Part shown: positions 25,301 through 29,079 of the stretch, in pieces
Layout: the number at the start of each line of letters is the position of its first letter
How positions within the stretch are numbered: the first letter of the stretch is position 1
Assembly (NCBI GenBank): GCA_031364845.1
Contig: JANLWX010000229.1
Location: forward strand, 1 to 29,079
Reading direction: 5' to 3'
Source of the DNA: Candidatus Eiseniibacteriota bacterium
Lineage (GTDB): Bacteria > Eisenbacteria > RBG-16-71-46
Length of the DNA: 29,079 nt
Program-made: the position numbers and the translations under genes
The notes under the pieces: model-generated
What the model was told of the DNA's origin: nothing
The model's input: only the letters and a program-made list of their open reading frames with translations
Database searches by the model: none

Positions 25301-25442
25301 TGAGCGTGGTTTCCGCACCCCGCCAGTCGAAGGTGACCGACGTCGGCCCCATGATGGTCCAATGGACTTGGTCGGCGGCCTGGGATGCCCCGGCCGACCC
25401 CAACATCACCGCACCGATGACGGCGCAGACGTGCAGCTTCAC
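22332..25442 (-). CDS. Secreted purple acid phosphatase-family metallophosphoesterase with 4 PKD domains, a CBM4/9-like domain and a FlgD-Ig/T9SS-like C-terminal domain
   Basis: GTG start plus signal peptide; FN3-like N-domain; motifs DVG, GDLAY, GNHE, FGH, GHSH; four PKD repeats; NLATNGSVETALTGW CBM-like start; tail PNP...DLTGRVVRSL...FDGR...LPSGVYF. Confidence 0.9.
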   Translation of the reverse strand: MKLHVCAVIGAVMLGSAGASQAADQVHWTIMGPTSVTFDWRGAETTLSYGLTPAFGSTVTAVTPSPVPWSSSGPFREARITGLLPDTLYHYAIGSGARHTFRTPRRPGTSDFVVMAEADVGSTEELFRVAVVQQQIADQRPHFTLVPGDLAYGNSHGQAAVDNHFNDVMVWSQDAAYMPAWGNHEYETSDYVDDLRNYKGRFDLPNPRTSPGSPAVSCCGEDWYWFDYGNVRFIAYPEPWPGAWADWLPRADAIMDSAQADPLITFIVTFGHRPAYSSAHHPGSTTLKNYLGQLGASHSKYRLNINGHSHNYERTYPQDGVVHITAGGGGAHLEDDPSNGCLYRSGCPPPAYSAFRAMRHGPVKLSFSADAIKIEAICGPPGDQGSNPNDIDCTPGTVMDTEIISVTTPSGDIDTPAGDTAINPGESVSFTSTGFHPLGLPLTYHWDFGGGAPNSSLEDPGAVVFPTTGLYQVKLTVSDAAGRTDPTPDVREIAVGNVNHPPNGIITTPAGDVTITQGQSIQFTGSATDADGDLPATYAWHFDEGAPGSNDQNPGAIVFEQQGTYEVQLVVTDSRGLADPTPANIEVIVGPSANEAPVGLIQSPTQNVTINRGQTVNFQGFAADPDGNVPLSYLWDFDTAATSATVEDPGPVPFNFSGTYVVRFFVQDALGRFNSTPPSRTITVLSPPNSRPVAHLAVTPKTGNAPLHVTADGGTSLDPDGPIEFYRFEFGDGSIAGPGPASSANHVYGPGHWTLELKVTDPAGAIDSSSVEVIVANNSGINLATNGSVETALTGWAGYGGGTIQRVTGGFDGTYAIRADGPATTATFGANDSPNWIGTISAGQVGRPYRYGSWIRAASGTGQARLQIREFNNGVKIGATTFSPIVPLSATWQLAEVHHLAQMAGSTLDFQVLVYPDAPSQSVLIDNISIRAIDPTTDVSGPGANGFGVQVTPNPLRVSASIRFVQPEAGFARVQILDLTGRVVRSLYDRPETPAGDHSVVFDGRGESERKLPSGVYFCRVATAGGTATRRFAIVR

Positions 25443-25749
25443 GTGGTCCCCGCGTTCAGGGGTGTCTCAGCTCGGTTCCGCACGGGCCTGGTGTCGAATG
25501 GTCGATGATTCATACCCTCCGGTATTCGGCAGGTTGCGGAATCCGGGCGAGTCTTTCTTGCGGAATTCCCGGAGATTGTGACGGATTGGGTGCCGGGTTG
25601 CGAATGGGTGACACGCCTCGAGCCTGATAGGACTAGTGTGAGGCGCACTCTTGACTCAGGCTTGTCTTCTCCCCGCTTCGCGGAGCAGACCGGCATGCAT
25701 CCAACCGGACTCTCGCGAAACACCTCCCCATCCCCCAAACACCGGACCC

Positions 25750-27459
25750 ATGACCATGATGAAGCGCGCAGGATGGCTCGCTTGGATAGGACTTGCAGGG
25801 ATCGCAATCGCAGCGGCCGGGTGCGCCGGATCGGGGAAGTCCGATCAGGCGATCAGCGCCTCACTCAAGAAGCAACTCGATCAGGGCGTGCGTCTGTTCC
25901 GCCGCCCGACCGTCGACATCGATGACCTCCAGCCGCTGGCGCGAGCGTTCTACCGAGGTCGCAAGTTCGTTCCGGCGTGGGTCACTTCGCGCGGGGCGAC
26001 CGATGATGCGAAGCAATTGATGGAGGCGATAGCCGCCACGCCGGAACAGGGTCTCGATCCCGCGAACTACGCTGCCGACAGCATTCGGATCGCGGTCAAG
26101 GACGTCGAGGCCGGAATGATGGGACCTGCCTCCGATGCGGGCCGGCTCGCCGCGCTGGACCTGCGTCTGACGCGGACGTTCCTCGGCCTCGCGGCTCATC
26201 TCGCCCTGGGTCAGGTGAACCCGAAGCAGATTCCCGCCGACTGGCACGTGGAGCGGCCCGCGGTCGATCTCGTGTCGATCCTCAACAAAGCGCTCGAGGG
26301 GCACCGCGTGCGCGATGCGCTGTTGGAAGACCTCGCCCCGGACGACGACCGCTACCGGCGGCTACGCGACGCTCTGAAGCGCTATCACGAGATCGCCGCC
26401 GAGGGAGGCTGGCCTCAGGTTCCCGCGGGCGCGCCACTCAAGCGCGGACAGCGCGGCGATCGGGTGAAGACACTTCAGGCCCGGCTCGCCGTGACGGGAG
26501 ATCTCGGCTCCGCGGGAAGCGGAGCGTTCGATCCCGCGACCGAAGCCGCCGTGCGCCGGTTTCAGCAGCGTCACGGCCTCGGGCCGAACGGAGTGGTCGG
26601 GGCCGCGGAGTTGGCGTCGCTGAATGTTCCGGTCGAGCGGCGGATTCACCAGATCGAACTCAACATGGAGCGCGCCCGCTGGCGGCGGCAGCCGATCGAA
26701 GGGCGGTACGTAATGGTGAACATCCCCGACTTCACGCTCCAGGTGGTGGACAACAAACATCCGGTGCTCGCAATGCGCGTGGTCGTGGGCAAGCAGTTCA
26801 CGAAGACGCCGATCTTCAGTGACGAGATCACGTATCTCGTGCTGAACCCGTCGTGGAACATCACGCAAAACATCGCCGCCAACGAGATGCTTCCGCTGGT
26901 TCAGGAGAATCGGGATTACCTGAAAGAGCACTCCATCCGTGTATTCGACGGACCCGCGGACGACGCGAAGGAAGTCGATCCGAACGACGTGAACTGGGGT
27001 TCGCTCTCGAAGGACGAGTTCAAATATTCATTGCGTCAGGACCCGGGAGCCGAAAACCCGCTCGGCCGTGTGAAGTTCATGTGTCCTAATCAGTTCGACG
27101 TTTATCTTCACGACACATCGGCCGAACATCTGTTCAACGCCCAGGAACGAGACTTCAGTCACGGATGCGTTCGTGTCGAAAAGCCGATCGAACTCGCGGA
27201 ATACCTGCTCCATGGCAGGACGGACGGCGATCACGCCGAAATCCTCGCGGGTCTGGCGGCGAGTCGTGATTCCAGCGTCAAGCTTCCGAACCCGATCCCG
27301 GTTCACATCGTGTATTGGACCGCCTGGGTCGGCGAGCAGAACGAGGTGCACTTCCGAGACGACGTCTATGAACTCGATCGGGTACTGGATCGAGCCCTGG
27401 GGCGCGCCGGCAACACCGCTGTGAATGAGTTCAGGCCGCATCGACCGAGACGCACCTGA
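25750..27459 (+). CDS. L,D-transpeptidase, YcbB/LdtD-like lipoprotein with scaffold and peptidoglycan-binding domains
   Basis: Lipobox-like IAAAGC; GLDPANY scaffold; PG-binding LKRGQRGDRVKTLQARL...AVRRFQQRHGL; NMERARW; catalytic YLHDT...SHGCVR. Start at ATG 25750, 25756 or 25759. Confidence 0.92.
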   Translation: MTMMKRAGWLAWIGLAGIAIAAAGCAGSGKSDQAISASLKKQLDQGVRLFRRPTVDIDDLQPLARAFYRGRKFVPAWVTSRGATDDAKQLMEAIAATPEQGLDPANYAADSIRIAVKDVEAGMMGPASDAGRLAALDLRLTRTFLGLAAHLALGQVNPKQIPADWHVERPAVDLVSILNKALEGHRVRDALLEDLAPDDDRYRRLRDALKRYHEIAAEGGWPQVPAGAPLKRGQRGDRVKTLQARLAVTGDLGSAGSGAFDPATEAAVRRFQQRHGLGPNGVVGAAELASLNVPVERRIHQIELNMERARWRRQPIEGRYVMVNIPDFTLQVVDNKHPVLAMRVVVGKQFTKTPIFSDEITYLVLNPSWNITQNIAANEMLPLVQENRDYLKEHSIRVFDGPADDAKEVDPNDVNWGSLSKDEFKYSLRQDPGAENPLGRVKFMCPNQFDVYLHDTSAEHLFNAQERDFSHGCVRVEKPIELAEYLLHGRTDGDHAEILAGLAASRDSSVKLPNPIPVHIVYWTAWVGEQNEVHFRDDVYELDRVLDRALGRAGNTAVNEFRPHRPRRT

Positions 27460-27500
27460 AAGCGTCGGGTCAATTCCTGAACCCAGAGGGAACGCCAATC

Positions 27501-28478
27501 ATGTGGAACATGCTGTGGACGGTTTCTCTCCTGTTTCACTTCCCTGCCGCTCCGATCACCTCCTCGCTGTTCGTCACCGACGTTCACGCCGCTTCGCTCG
27601 CAACCACCGCCGCCGCCTCCGATCTCGCGTCGTTCGACCTCCGGGTCGGCGGCGAATCGATTCCGTTCAACGTGATGGCGGCCTTCGTGCTCCCGGGCGA
27701 GTCACTACCCATTGCTGTGACGAGTCTCGACTCGGGATTCGCGGTGCAGGCGGATGCGGGGACGCTCGCATCGTCCGGGCGCAATCATTGGGAGTGGCGG
27801 GCGCCATCTGAGAGCGGCGTCTATCCTCTGCGCGTCACTCGAGGCGGAGCGGAATCGGTCACGCTCAACGTGTTCGTCATGGTTCCCTATTCCGAAATGA
27901 AGAACGGCCGGCTCGGCGGTTACTCGATCGGAAGCTATCCGAAGCCGTCCGCCCGCCAGGGTGAGGCATATGACCGGCCGCGCGGATTCGTCGAAGTGAC
28001 GGCCGCCAACGACACGACCCGCGTCGCGCCGCACTTTCGCCTCAAGCAGTTCCTGTGCAAGAGCGGCGAGTCCTATCCCAAGTACGTCGTGCTGCAGCCG
28101 GCGTTGATCGTCAAGCTCGAACGGCTGCTCGCGACCGCGCATGACCATGGAGTCGAAGCCAGCACGTTTCAGTTGATGAGCGCGTATCGCACGCCGATCT
28201 ACAACCGGCAGATCGGGAACACGACGAGTTTCAGCCGCCACCACTACGGCGACGCCGCCGACATCTTCGTCGACGAGAACCCGGCCGATGGGCGGATGGA
28301 CGATCTGAACGGTGACGGCCGGCAGACCAAGTCGGACGCCGTGGTTCTGAGCGCGTGGGCGGCACAATTGGATCGCGAATCGGAAACGCAGGCGGGCGGT
28401 CTGTCCGCGTATGGCGCGTCGGATTCGCATGGACCGTTCGTCCACGTCGATACCCGAGGTCACGCGGCGCGCTGGTAG
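27501..28478 (+). CDS. Peptidase M15A-family Zn metallopeptidase (YcbK/MepK-related) with N-terminal extension
   Basis: HFRLKQFLCK, SAYRTPIYN, SRHHYGDAAD, FVHVDTRG; begins 41 nt after the L,D-transpeptidase stop. Confidence 0.85.
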   Translation: MWNMLWTVSLLFHFPAAPITSSLFVTDVHAASLATTAAASDLASFDLRVGGESIPFNVMAAFVLPGESLPIAVTSLDSGFAVQADAGTLASSGRNHWEWRAPSESGVYPLRVTRGGAESVTLNVFVMVPYSEMKNGRLGGYSIGSYPKPSARQGEAYDRPRGFVEVTAANDTTRVAPHFRLKQFLCKSGESYPKYVVLQPALIVKLERLLATAHDHGVEASTFQLMSAYRTPIYNRQIGNTTSFSRHHYGDAADIFVDENPADGRMDDLNGDGRQTKSDAVVLSAWAAQLDRESETQAGGLSAYGASDSHGPFVHVDTRGHAARW

Positions 28479-28483
28479 TCACG

Positions 28484-28503
28484 GGTTCTCGCGGACGAGA
28501 ATC
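28484..28503. terminator. Short hairpin between convergent genes
   Basis: GGTTCTCG-CGGA-CGAGAATC; no U-tract. Confidence 0.3.
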
Positions 28504-28527
28504 GACGGCCAGCTTCGTCGGCTCGAG

Positions 28528-28851
28528 TCAGCGTTTCCGGATCGAGATCACGTCCACGATGGTTCCCGCCATGCAGATGCTCGATCGGTCGTGATTCTCG
28601 CGCGCGACGAACACCACGCGCAGGCCCTCGACCTGAAATGCCGGGTCCTCGATCGGCCACAGCGTCCGGCCGTCCTTGGTGGCGATGTGCCAGGTCTGCG
28701 GACACTCCGGCCCCACCCCTTGATGGATCGTTCCTTCGCCCTCGATCGCGCCGGGAATGCCGGAGGCAGGAACGGAGTCGTCCTCGGAACAGGGCCCTGC
28801 GGCACCGAGCACGAGCGGAATCAGAGCGATCAAGGCCAGCCGCTGGAACAT
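28528..28851 (-). CDS. Small exported hypothetical protein, possible lipoprotein (107 aa)
   Basis: GGAGG 6 nt before ATG 28851; MFQRLALIALIPLVLGAAGPC signal; compact beta-rich domain with a Cys pair (PECPQ...SICMAG). Confidence 0.75.
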   Translation of the reverse strand: MFQRLALIALIPLVLGAAGPCSEDDSVPASGIPGAIEGEGTIHQGVGPECPQTWHIATKDGRTLWPIEDPAFQVEGLRVVFVARENHDRSSICMAGTIVDVISIRKR

Positions 28852-28894
28852 GAGCATCCTCCGTGTTCGGGGACATCCGCCTGCGAGGATCCGC

Positions 28895-28923
28895 AGTCTA
28901 GGCGCGCGGCGGAGCCGGCTCAA
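28895..28923 (-). promoter_or_regulatory. Putative sigma70 promoter of the small exported protein gene
   Basis: Minus strand TTGAGC-N17-TAGACT, about 45 nt upstream of the start. Confidence 0.55.
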
Positions 28924-28939
28924 CCGTAAGGTGGTGAAC

Positions 28940-29079
28940 TGTAGAGAGCACATGATGTGACCGCTCAGCGGCGGGGGTGATAGACCGGCGGCTTCTCCCA
29001 CCCAGGAGGAGCTGATGCAGGCCTATTCACCCACCGCCAAGGAGCGAGCGATGAAGATGCGAGAGGTATTACTGGAGGC
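28940..29079 (+). mobile_element. Left end of an insertion sequence, IS1202/ISNCY (IS481-related) type, truncated by the window end
   Basis: Begins TGTAGAGAGCACATGATGTGACCGCT (a 5'-TGT terminus is typical of these families), followed by a strong SD and a transposase-like N-terminus; the right end is not visible. Confidence 0.6.
29015..29079 (+). CDS. Transposase N-terminus (partial)
   Basis: AGGAGGAG then MQAYSPTAKERAMKMREVLLEA, resembling the 'ERAMKxxEVxLxA' start I recall for ISNCY-family transposases; only 21 complete codons are visible. Confidence 0.6.
   Translation, partial: MQAYSPTAKERAMKMREVLLE

Noticed and set aside
28912..28939. XerCD (dif-like) site next to the IS1202-like end
   Set aside because: Some IS1202 members target xrs sites, but this flank lacks a recognisable TTATGTTAAAT-like XerD arm
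28852..29001. Longer start for the last minus-strand ORF (157 aa)
   Set aside because: The extension runs through its own promoter and into the IS end; SD and signal peptide support ATG 28851

Overview
GC-rich bacterial chromosomal segment dominated by cell-envelope and secreted-protein genes. The C-terminal sorting signatures (two T9SS-type-A/FlgD-Ig-like tails and one 'TWGxxKxxxR' tail) point to an FCB-superphylum organism such as Ca. Eisenbacteria or a relative (inference). In order: a large repeat-containing surface protein cut by the left edge and missing from the ORF track, a PQQ-type beta-propeller protein, a Cys-rich secreted protein with a TWG tail, a MacA-like adaptor plus two MacB/FtsX-type permeases with no local ATPase, a CBM20-esterase fusion, a class A PBP (PBP1B-like), a ~1700-aa tandem-repeat PKD surface protein, a 73-aa membrane protein, an 888-aa cytoplasmic coiled-coil protein ending in an ssrA-like tail, a purple-acid-phosphatase/PKD/CBM secreted enzyme, an LdtD(YcbB)-like L,D-transpeptidase paired with an M15A peptidase, a small exported protein, and the left end of an IS1202/ISNCY-like insertion sequence at the right edge. 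No CRISPR array, rRNA or complete tRNA was seen. The best candidates for new biology are the coiled-coil/small-membrane-protein pair with sigma54-like promoters and a putative degron, the TWG C-terminal sorting motif, and the repeated SSDDAEE module. All of these functions are inferred, not demonstrated.
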